A stretch of 64,000 nt of DNA, from assembly GCA_021613535.1 (NCBI GenBank), contig CP075496.1, forward strand, positions 4,898,001 through 4,962,000. Direction: 5' to 3'. The stretch is from Adineta vaga. Lineage: Eukaryota; Animalia; Rotifera. The first letter of the stretch is position 1. Each line of letters begins with the position of its first letter. The notes under the pieces are model-generated. The model made no database searches, had not been told where the DNA came from, and was given only the letters and a program-made list of their open reading frames with translations. Of this stretch, positions 12,535-25,253 are shown in pieces. A program made the position numbers and the translations under genes.

Positions 12535-15293
12535 TTAATTGATACCGGCCGATAAAATTTCAAAATCAGACCATTGTAAAGTACAACCACGAAAACTAAG
12601 ACTATGTCGAAGACTAGAAACAATATAAGATGAATCTATACTCTTACATACAATATACAATTTATGATCACATACCGACGATTTGAATTACATTCATCAG
12701 CACGATTCTGTTCACTTTGACAAATTTGTCGAATATAAGGTCGATAATCAACATAAAATTCGGAATAATCAATAATATTTCTAATCTCTTGTTCTTGCAT
12801 AAACAATTTGAATGTATCATACAATTCAATTCTATTATTATTTCAACAAAAATAAATTCAAATTTTCATTTAATTTAAGAATATTCACCTACCGATTTGC
12901 ATTATTTTTACTTTGATTAACTAATAACAAATGAGATTGTTCATATTCTGATGCATATTTACTTGTTAAATCATTAAAAAATTCTTTTAATGATGAATCA
13001 TTCCGTTGTTCGTTCAAACGAGAAAAATACATTGCATCAAATATCCGAGATGATTGCCATTTGGGTAGTGAAACTTCTGTTTGTTTTTCATTGGAAGAAT
13101 GATCGGAAATCTTAGTATTATCCGATGATTGAAGAAGAAATTGAAGTGTTAGTAAAGTTCGACGTAAATCATAAGAACAAGATTGAAATAATAAAAGAAG
13201 ATCATCGAAGGAAGGTATTTCGAACATTTCAATTAGAAGTATTAAACGAAGAAAACAACAAACGAGTTCCTATTAAAGAAAATTCAAATTAAATTAAAAA
13301 CTTCTTAGAAGAAATGAAATATTTACAGGTTCATTTTGTTCAAGATGAATTAATTCGTAATGACCAATCTTGGATAAATTAATAATTGCATCTTCAGGAT
13401 TTGTTCGACTATTAGATGTAAGAATGATTGGTTTTTTTGCGGTTTCAAGTAATTTTTTCAAACATGACCAAAAATTATCATCACTCGTCAATGTTTCGAT
13501 CTAGTTCAACAGAAAATCCAACACTCAAGAGAAACGATAATGAAATAAATCCTACCTCATCGAAAAAAATTAAAGATGTTTTCTCCACGTGAACGGATGA
13601 TACAAATTGATTTTCGACGGGTGGTGATACTTCACGTTTAGTTTTACTTCTTCGTTTCGGATTATTTGTTTGATTCGTTAGTTTTTTTGTTGGTTCTTCT
13701 TTCACAACAGGCAATGTTGATCGTTGATGAGATTTATTTTCTTTTTGTTCATCATCATTTTGATCAAGTTTTTTCTTTTGATTAAAAAACGATACTATTG
13801 AACCATTTTCATTTTTGACTTTTTTCTTTGCAGGCAATGGAGATGAGATTTCTTGACTTGGCTTTTCTCCTTGAGATTGAATCGTATCGGATGGACAGCG
13901 TTTGAACGAGAGATGATGATGACTAGTCACTTGTTCCAATTGTTTGAGTAATGGTGTACGTGCACGTGATTGAGATCCATTGATTTCGGTAATCTAAACA
14001 ACAAAGAATGAACGTTCTATAAAATGTTGTTGTTATCTGAAATTTACTTTAAAATTATGTTCTTCAGCAAGAGCATGTACGAGTGATGTTGTGCCTGAAC
14101 CATGAATAAAGATCAATTGCGAATGTTCTGGTTTTGAATAACCACAACTATCATAAGACATACCTAATAATGAGAACAGTTGAATGTATTATGATTTATA
14201 ATTAAAGATAAATGAAATTTGATGTCTGCTCGTTATACCCAGATATCATTTTGATCTGTTAATGATCTAGACCTTGTCGAGCAAATATTCCAAGAATATA
14301 TTTTATTTATTTTGGTTAATATTATATTTTATCAATCAATGAAAAAATCTGATTGATTATGAAACAATATTAACCGTGAATATCTTTTTGTCTTTAGAAG
14401 ACATACTTGAATTATCGTCGAAATCTTCGTTTGCATTATCATCGTCATCGTCGTTTATTGCACGTTTACGTTTTATGCCAGTCATTTTTTTCGGTTGTTC
14501 ATTATGCAATTTTCTTGTCCAATATGAAAACCATTCATTCAATCGTTTTATTTGTCTAGTATGATTACCAAGATATGCTTTCGAAGTTTTTGGACGATAG
14601 ATATCAGTCCATAATAACTCTCACATTGATCTAAAACATAGAATTCGAATTTTAAAAAGAAAAGTAAAAGAAACAGTCTTTTGATTTACTTTGTTCGACT
14701 GCTTTCGTTCGATAATCTTGTAGACATTCAAATATAGATTTCCAATCAATCATTGATTGATCATTGGTATATTGTTGAAATAATTCCATCTGACGTTCAG
14801 CCGAAGATATTTTCGTAAACTAATCAATATGATAAATGTATTATATTAATTTTTGTCACTGCTGCTTCGATAAATGAAAAAAACAATAGTGAAAAAGCGT
14901 ACTTGAAATTTTGGCACTGAACTTTGATAGTTAACGATAGTTGGACATATACGATAGAAGTCTTCAGTAGAATAAGATACATCATCATCATCATCCGTTA
15001 TAGTTGTATCAAAGAGCAAATTGTTGTTGCTGTAAGATTCATTATTTGATTGACGTATATGAACTGGTATAAGATAATCCTGTTGACGAGAATATGTTTT
15101 TGATTGATTACATGAGTTTTGCGTTTGTGAATCAGATAGACTAGATTCTAATATAGAAAGTTAATATAAACTATTGAATAATTTTTTTCAACTACATCTT
15201 CATTAGTCTACCTGACGGAGGGGTATTAACAATGGGTGATTGTGGACGAGATTTTTGAAAACATTGGAAAAGTGTTTTTTGTGTTAATTTCAT
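12535..15293 (-). CDS. ATAD5: ATAD5/Elg1 PCNA-unloader large subunit, multi-exon
   Basis: LWTDIYRPK..YLGN..RLNEWFSYW, SLVHALAEEHNFKITEINGSQSR, SLIFFDEIETL..DNFWSCLKKLLETAKKPIILTSN, DLRRTLLTLQF and VDYRPYIRQICQSEQ..RRLRH follow the ATAD5 motif order. ATG at 15293 (MKLTQKTLFQCF). Junctions around 14170-14630 do not resolve cleanly. Confidence 0.85.
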
Positions 15294-15634
15294 ATTTCAA
15301 CAAAAACAAAAAAGAAGTAAAGAGAAGAGAGAGAAAGTAACGATAAATAAAGAAAGAAAATAATCTCTTTCTGATTAGTTCATTCTTTCTACCAATAACA
15401 AAGTCATGTATCCTACAAAATAAATTCATTTATTTTGCAAGAAAATCTCGATCAATATTTTGCGTAGACAATAAACATTAAATCTATTGTAGTAAAATAA
15501 AAACAAAATTTTCATTGATACTAGCGACAAGATTTATTAATTTTCATATTAAGATAATCACACGTGTAAGAAAAACAACATTACTATTTGTTTATCGTCT
15601 AAAAAGAATGTTTTATGAAACGTCATGATCATTC
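15294..15634. promoter_or_regulatory. Probable bidirectional promoter between ATAD5 and UBL3
   Basis: Head-to-head start codons about 340 bp apart, with a CCAAT at about 15392. Confidence 0.45.
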
Positions 15635-16226
15635 ATGGGAACGAAATCTTCATCGTCTGATATCGTAAGTTGAATGAAAAGTTTACACGATTATTTTATT
15701 AATGATTATCTATAGATCAATTTGAAATTGATCCTTGTAAGTGGTAAAACTGCTGAATTTCAATTTCCACCAACAACAACTGCAGCAGATATATCGAAAT
15801 ATGTATTCGAAAATTGGCCTGAAGGTTTCAAAGATACTAACTAGTTTAATAAAAGTCTTTTCTTTTCGATTTTTATTATTTGATTAGATTGGGCCAATGA
15901 AGAAAAAGCTGATCGTTCTGAAGTTTTAAGATTAATTTATCAAGGTAGATTTTTACATGGCAATGTGACATTAAGTGCTTTACATCTACAACAAGGTAAA
16001 TTCTCTGTTGTTCTAGTTTTCTAAATCGAATACAAATTGTTTATTAATTGATTCAATAGGCAAAACAACTGTGATGCATCTTGTTCAACGTGAAAATCTT
16101 CCTGAACCAACCAACAATGATCAAAAACGAAAACATAGACAAGACAATAATCAAGAAGGAGCACCAGTACAAACTCTCTCATCGAATCCTACTCCTGGAT
16201 GTTGTGATGCATGTTCCATACTTTAA
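15635..16226 (+). CDS. UBL3: Ubiquitin-like protein 3 (membrane-anchored, CAAX), 4 exons
   Basis: INLKLILVSGKTAEFQF..AADISKYVFENWPEDW..VLRLIYQGRFLHGNVTL..GKTTVMHLVQRENLPEP; ends CCDACSIL* (CAAX). Confidence 0.95.
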
Positions 16227-16479
16227 ATTCAATTTAAATCTTCTGTCAGATCAAAATCTGAACGTTACATAATGTATTTTATTTCCTTGAAACTGAATTA
16301 TTACAAAATCTAACCGTCCGTGGTCATGTTTATTTCTAGCCGGTGGATTTTTAGCGTCTTATATCAATGTATTCACAATCGCTTCTTTTTTTCGTTTCTT
16401 TTGATAAAATATATTTAATGTTTTGCACCTATTTTAAATTATCGATGGTTGTTGTTATTGTAATTTATCAAACATGCAC

Positions 16480-16510
16480 TCATTCATTCATTCATTCATT
16501 CATTCATTCA
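16480..16510. repeat. (CATT)n microsatellite in the UBL3 3' region
   Basis: About 7-8 perfect CATT units. Confidence 0.9.
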
Positions 16511-17772
16511 TATATATATTTACATTTTTTCACATTATTTCATTCTCTTTTATTAAAAATAAACACAAAAGAAAATAAAAGAAATATGTCTGAAAATAAC
16601 ATTGTCAAAAGCAGAAGAGGAGATAGATGATATTGAAAATATCAAGACAATTTGCAATCTTGTTTGCGTTTCAATGCATAAAACTACTTTTTAGATAATG
16701 AAAGCATCTAATACGGCAAGATTTGTCATCACGTTTTTGATTAAATACATTTTCATTAGATGAGCATCCTTTCTACTCTTTTGTAATCTCATACATATAA
16801 AATCTATCTATGAGGTGAAATAAACAAAAAATGTTGAACAGTGAAAATTGTAGTGCGAGATATCATATTTTATTTCATTGATAAATCTAATTCTGTCAGG
16901 ATGTTAGAAGAATCTGCTTGTGATATGTTCTAATAGTAGGAACATCATTTCAGATGTCATTTTTATCATCAGAATGATTTCGTAGATCATTATAAACTAT
17001 AGAGAATTAGTTATGTCTTACCTTTTGAGTTTTAGAAATCGATCAATAGTTGATTTAGGAGTGGAAATTCATACTGAAGACGTGTTTTTTTTATACTAAA
17101 TATCATAATACCATCGCAATTGTCATAGCGATTAAATAATACTTTGAAAATTGAATTAAATAATCGTCTTATACACAAGGGCGATGATTTCAAACTAGGA
17201 CTTAAAGAATTAATTAAAGAAAATAAAAATTTACAAGAACAACTGAGTTTTTTTCACAAGATGGCATTGCTTTGAAACCATAAGTTTCAAAACTGTAAAA
17301 AATCGACAAGTTATACATATATGTCTTACATAAGAAAACAAATTTATATCAAATTGGTAGTAAACGAAGAATAAGAATTGAGACGATAGTTTTTATTTAA
17401 GAGAAATTTTGTGGATGTTAATTTCTTTTGCGAACATATCAAATCTCTTTCTCATTCACTTTATCCGAATTGTTGGAACAAGTGTACACGATATAATTAT
17501 TTCATCCATTCCTCTCTTTTTTTGTCGATATGCAATCTTTCAGTTCTTTGAGTTCTGTATTTAATCACGACTAATATCAGGTTAGTTAAAAAAGTAAATT
17601 ATCTTGTTACATCAGTTGATCGTTCTCATTCATTTACAATTATAGCATAGATTATTCTGATACTCTTCATGATCGTCTTATCTACTTCATTAGAAACTAA
17701 AGAATAATAAAATCAAATTTATATTTCAATCGAGAATAAAACAAAAAAGAAAAAATAATGCGATAGAAATTA

Positions 17773-20700
17773 TCAGTGATCAGTATTTGATTTTTCTGTC
17801 GTTTGATTTGCATCATTCTGATCCATATCATTAGTAAATGGTACTTGTAAACCATCACGTTCACCCAATAGCCAGTACGTTAACATTTCACCTTTACCCT
17901 AGAAGAATATGTCAATAACAAATCTTAAGATATTCGAGACAAACAAAGTCTTACTTTAAGATTAACTTGTCCACGAGCTTTAAATATAAATGTTTGAAAT
18001 GTATCTAACAATGCTTTTGTAAAGGGTGATACATGTATTCTTAATGCTTGTCCATTTGATTCCATACGTGATGCCACATTAACGGTATCACCAAATAGAC
18101 AATATCTAAATACATATACGAAAGAAGAAAAAAAACACATGTAAATCTTTCATTCTTTCTATCTTTTTCAAAGAAAAATCGTTATTACCTTGGCATTTTT
18201 AAACCTACAACACCGGAAACACATGGACCTAATATATTTAAATAAATATCGATGCAATAAAACAGAACGCAGACAAATTCATTCCTACCTGAATGAATAC
18301 CAATACGAATTTTCAATTGTTCATCAGGTCGATGTCGAATACGAAAATGTATAACTGCATCAAGAATTGATAATGCCATACGTGAAATTTCACGTGCATG
18401 TAAATCACCATTACGTGTTGGTAAACCACTAACAACCATATAAGCATCACCAATGGTTTCAACTTTATAAACATCAAATGCTTCAATAATAGAATCAAAA
18501 CATGTATAAAGATCATTCAGTAAGGAAACAATCTAATCAAAAAGTGAAAACATACAATGAAATTATTTGAGAAATTTCAAAATGAGTTTTACTTGTAATG
18601 GTGTACTTTCCGCTGATATTCTTGTGAAACCAACAATATCGGAAAAATAAATTGTTACAGATTCAAATGATTCAGCTGTAACTTGTTTACCAGCCATTAA
18701 TTCAGTCGTCACAGATCTTTAACAATAAAAATACAAGATACAGTTGCGTTATCTTTCGATTATACATATATATATATATATTCAAATCAAATCGTGTATT
18801 ATATGACTTTATTCTCAATCTAATTTAGAGCACCTTTTGTTAGTTATTGTCGAGATGTACGCAATGGTTTTTCTTGAACCTAACAAACGAATTCAGTACT
18901 ATATCAAATATAATTTTGCAGATTATTCATGGAAATAATCGTTAACATTTACAACTATGATTTACTGATGTTAACTTTTCTCGCTTGACATATCTATGTC
19001 AGTTAAATTGCTTAATGAACAGTTTCTTTTTTCTATTTGACTTATTACAATTTGATTAACATGCAATTCAAATTTTGTCATATGATGGCCTAATCCCTTT
19101 TCCTTTTTATAGTAATACCAAAATGATTTAATATTAATCTTTTCTATCATATTTCATCAGACGAAGCTTAACAAATTTCTCATAAGAACATTCTTAGAAT
19201 TCAACGTAGCTATCTACTTACTGTGGCAATAAACGATAAAGTAATTCTTCGGCTTTTTTCTTTTCCAATAAATAGTCATTAGTACGCTCTTTAACAAGTT
19301 CTTCAAGATTATTTGTATATTGTTCCATACGTTGTAAAAGATTATCAACAAGATTTTCATTATCATATTTCCTAGTGAAACCATATAGTTTATGAAATAA
19401 CATCTTGTGATATCGTACTTGCTTAGTTTTTTAATTGTATTAGAAATTGATGTAAAGTCTGGTCGATCAACAGGATTTTCTTGCCAACAACGTTTCATTA
19501 GATTTCCGATTTCAAAGAGAGCGTTATCACTAAGAAATGGAGGTCGTATTTCATTGCCAAATTTGATCGAATTAAATATTTCTTTTGGTGATATACTTGT
19601 TTCATTCATTGCAAAAAGGCCACGCCGATAGATAATTTCATGAAGTATTATGGAAAAACTATATACATCTCCTTTTTGTGTACCTGAGATTGGAGCTTGC
19701 GGATCGCGTATTACTTCTGGTGGTGACCAGAGTAATGCTAAAATAACAAGTGATTGTCGTGTTATTGGTACATTCAAATCAAAGATAATTTACATTTAAA
19801 ATATTGTTCACTATTAAGAGGATATTTTTGATGAAGAGAAGTACGTAAAGATGGAATGCCATAATCAGATATTTTAATAACAAACTAAAATATAATTGAG
19901 ATAAGAAATATGTTGACATGAGAAATTTTAACTTACTCGATTACCAACAAGACAATTGGTACTTTTTAAATTTCCATGTGATTGAAGTTCACTATTATGA
20001 ATAAATGAGATTCCCTTTAAAATTGACAATAAACATGATGGAATATGAGATGTTTTATTTTTACAAAAGTTTACTTTAACAATATCATGAATAATGGAAT
20101 ATTTAAACATATCATCAAGTTTAATTTGTGAATTTTCTAGTAAATCCTAATAAAGAATATATATAATTTGAATTTAGCAACAAAAAACCTCATTAAATAA
20201 CCTGTAAATTTCCTTTCGAACAATATTCATCAATCAGAAAAGGTGGATCAAGACAGGCACCAATGAATCGAAGAAGAAATTCACTTTGCATATCTTTAAT
20301 CTATAGATTAACATGAAAAAGAATAGATAATAATCCATCTACATATGAATACATATATATATATTTACAGTTTTAACTTGCATTAAGAGATATCGATTAA
20401 CATCAATTCTTGTTTTCTGTGGAAGGAATTTGAGTGCTACCATCGAACCCTAAAATATATTATGTTTTGAAAATCGATTCCTATATCAGTATCATGTTAT
20501 TCAATCAGACATAAGTCAAGATCTCGAGGTTTTTCTTCGTACATTAGTTATTTTTGTATAGCTAATTGTCGAGTCTTTTCTTCCTGTCAAATGGAATAGC
20601 ATGAGTAATAGTAGTTATATCGCGTTGTAATTATCATCATCAATACGAAATTATACTATATCACGTTTCAGAAAAGCATCCGGAAACGATATAGTTCAGT

Positions 20701-22973
20701 TATCTATCATTTTCTTTTGTAGTTGTGTGAGATTAGTTTCGAAATTAGTTACTTTATATCGAGCTTTCTTCACTACACCACCATTTTCTATATCATTTTC
20801 TTCTTCCATTAATGCAATATGATGCATTGAAACACGCTAGAATAACATATGAATGTTAGTTCAAACAACCTTGATCGTTTTTCTCATACTTTATGTCGAT
20901 CTCGTTTGACAAGTTTATATTTAAAACCAAAATCTTCTGTTGTAAATAAATCATCAGGTTCAATAATCCAATTCATTGCTTTAAGTTGAGCTTCGAAACT
21001 AACACGTTTAAAATACCAAAAAGCAGCTAACATTAAAAGTAATACAACTGCTGGTACACTTGCACCAAAATAAATCCATGGTAATGCAGGATCTTCAAGA
21101 AAGAAAATAATGAAATTAATTTGAATTACAAAATTTCTTCAAACATACTTTTATATACATAACATTTACTTCCATCAAAACCACAATACTAAAAGTAATT
21201 GAATATAAAAGAAAGTTCAATATCTCAACTATCTTACAGGAATATCGACAGGAGTTGTTTTATTTCGATCAATCCAATAGATATCTTTGGAAAGTATAAA
21301 TGATGAATTAACACCAAAATAAGTCCCCACTTCCTACATACACAAATTATTTCTTCTATTTAAAGATTATATCAACGAATTACTTCAAATTGACCATTTT
21401 TGGGATCAAGATCAAATAATGAATAATCACTAACGCGATCACCTGTTTCACTAATCTGTACTATACCATTAGAACCTTCAAAACTAGCATTCCACATTCG
21501 TTGTATAACTGCAAATCCATCACTAGAATTTTGATTTGCTTGTACAGTTCGATTTAATCCATGTGCATAAAGTAGAACAGCATCATAGAATGTTGCAACG
21601 TATGGATTGACCTTTCATAAAAAGAAATAGAAAAAAATAGAACACAAAATCCGGAAACATACAAGCTTTTCCATCGAACCACTTTCATTATTTATTCCTG
21701 CTTGTAATGCATTAACTTGATTAGAAAAATGTCGGTATCGTTCTGTGTCCGGTTGTTTTACAGCAACTATAAGAACTGTTTCATAAGCACGACGTGCTTT
21801 TTTATTTTCTGCTTCACTTGAATCATTTTTATGCCATGTTATTAATTTCATATCTTTTCTATTAGATAAAAATTTCAAAACATGCAAGATAATTCTGTGA
21901 TTATGAGAGAAAAACTTGTACCTCATCAATCGAAAGATATCGAGATAGACAAAAACATATTCGCCATTGATCATATCCAAATCATAAGCCATAAGAAGAA
22001 AATCTCGAAATAAACTTGAATCCATACATATAAATAGAACTAAACAAGATTTCAATGAATATGAACAACAAACGAGAAGAAAATATGTACTTCTTGCTTC
22101 ATTCTTCGCTTCATTTAATGTTTTTCGTAATTTTTCTTTTGTTTCATTTTTTCGATCAACATCAAAGATTGAATGAGAACATCTAATCATGAAGAATAGA
22201 ATAGAAGGATAAAAAAAACTTCATTGATGATCTCACTAACGTGTCTTTTGGTTCGCCTCTACTATATGGATTACGTAGAGATCGACATAAAGCACCCATT
22301 AACATATAACATTCACTCTAAGTTTATATAAATAGAAGTAAATTGAATGGAATTAAAGTTGAATCCTTACCTGTGCTTCAAGTATATTTCTTTCAGCAAT
22401 TATTCGAACACTAGTCCAATTAAAGTGAGGCAAAATAACTCGAGATATAAATTGAACGATTGTTTTCGATGAATGAAGCATCCGCGTTAATAATTGATAC
22501 TCACGTTTATTATCAAAATGATAATTAAAGCCACCGCCTGGTGATATGACAGGTATTCGCCAATGTGGTGAATATCTAATTAAGTTAATAAGTTTAGAAA
22601 TAGAATTCGAGAATAAGACGACACAAATGTATTACCTTGAAACAGCTGCTAGACCAGGACCATCAACAGGTCCTAAGAATACAGCCGCTTGATTTTTAGC
22701 ATAGAAATCAATTGCCAATAAAGGTCCAACAATATACGATGAGTTTGTATCACCATAATGAACATCAAGAGATTTTCCTTCGATTAATAAACGACGTTTA
22801 TGAACTTCGATAACTGCTAGATCAATTGCAGGTTTAACTTTTTGCATGGCAAATGGCAACTGTGGATCCGTTGGTAATAGAACAGCTATTTGAACAGTAA
22901 CGTTGCAAAAGCTGATCTTTATTTTTTCAGATGAAAATAGAAAAAATATTATTGATATTGTCGTGAATTGCAT
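17773..22973 (-). CDS. Receptor guanylyl cyclase, natriuretic-peptide-receptor type (signal peptide, ANF-receptor ectodomain, TM, kinase-homology domain, cyclase)
   Basis: PAIDLAV..VFLGPV ectodomain, [124 protein letters not shown] and [13 protein letters not shown]. Confidence 0.95.
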
Positions 22974-23146
22974 GATTAATCACGTTGAGTTGGAATTGTT
23001 CGTAGGTTCTTGAATGACGAAAGTATACAAAGTTAACATATTGTTTCGTGTGACATCTTAGTCAACAACAGTATACGTCGACAACCGGAAAGTTCAACAT
23101 TTCCGCTATCGGGCTTTTTAATTTCTGTGTTTTTCTCTTCGCTCAT

Positions 23147-23174
23147 CTCTCTGTCTCTCTTTGCCTCTCTCTGC

Positions 23175-23203
<29 letters not shown>
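23147..23203. repeat. (CT)n/(GA)n microsatellite in the 5' region of the guanylyl cyclase
   Basis: Long CT dinucleotide run with imperfect flanks. Confidence 0.9.
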
Positions 23204-23205
<2 letters not shown>

Positions 23206-24336
23206 TCTTATCAAAAGAGGACGACAACTCAATGATGAGACAGTTCTTCCCTCTTTTTCTTTGCTCTCGTGTAAAAAAAGGGAAAAAAAGAGAAGGAAAT
23301 AATAGATTTAGTAATCATCTGTCATATAAAAAAAAGAAAAAAAAGATATGAATGAAAGTTCTACCACTTCATCACACGTTCTCATATTGTTGAAACTAGT
23401 AGGCTAACTATGAAACCTTTTCATAGAAGATTTATTCGACCTTAAATACTATTATTATTAACAAACATATAGCTATATACGTAAGAATAGAAGATATTTT
23501 TCTCTTCGCTAAATACACAATACCTACTCATCAAATATAAAGCGCAATTTTTCAAGCATAATTGGAGCTTTTTTTTTAACCGGCACTATGACAATCATGA
23601 ATATCATTGAACAATATCTTATATAATCTATTATTGCCATTAGTGCCCGGAAGCAATACATTGAATCCATATATAACTAAATAAATAAATTCATCGAAAA
23701 AAAAACAGAAATTATTTCTTTTTCTTATCAGATCTTTTTTTTCCTTGGAGATAATAACTAATACTCGTTGATAAATTTCTCGTTTTTTCGATTTAATGAT
23801 TCTATACATCACACAATCGTGTAAGATTGTTCTCTTTTCTTCCATGCATATGAACACACATTTATCTATTCATCTGGGATCATTTTTATTATTGAGAAAA
23901 ACACTTTGCATACAGTGATGTGTCAAATTTGCCAAAAGCAATATTTTATATTATGAATGGTAGGCGTAGTTCTAAGTATACTGCAAAGACAAGAACTTTT
24001 TCTTTTCATATTCTCTTTGTCATGTCGAGTCAAAGCTTCTGAATAGTCTGTATACCATAAATCAAAACTTTTCCTGTTTTTTTCTTCCTTTCACTCTTTT
24101 CTTTCATTACGTATGTATATAAACAAGTATTTGAAATAAAGTTTTCATCATTAAAATTTACTTTCTTTCTTCTCGTTCTTTAGTTGTCGACTAACAAAAT
24201 CAGTATAGAAAAAAAAGTACGCAAAAGAACAGATGACTTAGTTGATTGGTAGGATTTAAGTTACATGAGAAAGAAAAAACAAAATCAGCCTTCGATCAAA
24301 AGAAAGTTGATTACTGTGATTACATACATAAAGAAA

Positions 24337-25056
24337 ATGTCCGAAGCAGAAATGAACTCGAGAAGTGTATTAAAAGAAGAAGTGTTCTTAAAAGATATTC
24401 AACCTGACATTGTACTTTCGAATCTTCCATTCAATGTCAATCAATGTCCATTGTTTATATCAGTAAATGGTAATGCAACAGCATTATATCGTTATTCAAA
24501 TGTTGGCCCATTCATTGAATTATTCGATTCATCAAGTAATAATCTTCTTCCCGCATTGAAATATTCAATTATCCAAGGAATATTTTGTATAATAAATTTT
24601 GGTTTTGTTGAGAATCTTGATCAAATTTCTCAGATGTTAGATGAATTTCAAAAGCGTTGTTCATTGATTCATCGTGATTTATATAATCATATTATAAACA
24701 ATTCTCTTATGAAACAATCATTCGATACTTTCATGTCATTAATTCCATTCGATCCAATTTATGAAATGGTTCCCGAAATCTATCGAAATAGTAAAGCAAC
24801 ATTTCGTTTTCTTTTCTTTGTACAACTTGAAGATTCAACTCTTTCATTAAAAAATCATCAAATTTCTTCGATATTTCATTGTATTCGTGTTAAAACATAA
24901 AAATCTTTATTTTTATTTCATTCATTTCTATTCAAACACCAAGACATTATCATTCTTTCTTTGACATTCTAAGAAGGAAAAGAGAAGCGCGGACGAAAAC
25001 GCGGAAGAAAAGTACAAGAACAGTTAGACAATCAATCACAGAAAACAAATTTGTAA
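24337..25056 (+). CDS. Uncharacterised protein with basic C-terminal tail (probably 2 exons)
   Basis: ORF of about 185 codons from MSEAEMNSRS. A phase-1 GTGTTA..AAG intron (about 24888-24973) would add GKEKRGRKRGRKVQEQLDNQSQKTNL*, followed by AATAAA at about 25059. No family recognised. Confidence 0.6.
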
Positions 25057-25253
25057 TGAATAAATGAAATTCAATAAACGAGAAAACATATGTCACTGTT
25101 CAGAATACGAAAAACGAAACAAATTGCTTGAGCTGTGGATACATATGACCAACTACGATGCGTGAAAAAGCCATTATTTTATAGAATATATATTTATAAA
25201 TATGTATATACGATATTTCAATCACAACTGAGAAAAGAAAAAGGAAATGAACA

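Noticed and set aside
15226-15265. Apparent ATAD5 start MFSKISSTITHC* implying a frameshift
   Set aside because: An upstream ATG at 15293 in another frame gives an open first exon that splices in phase.
23033-23351. ORFs with ERERER and LSLSLS repeats
   Set aside because: Translations of the CT/GA microsatellite in the guanylyl cyclase 5' region.
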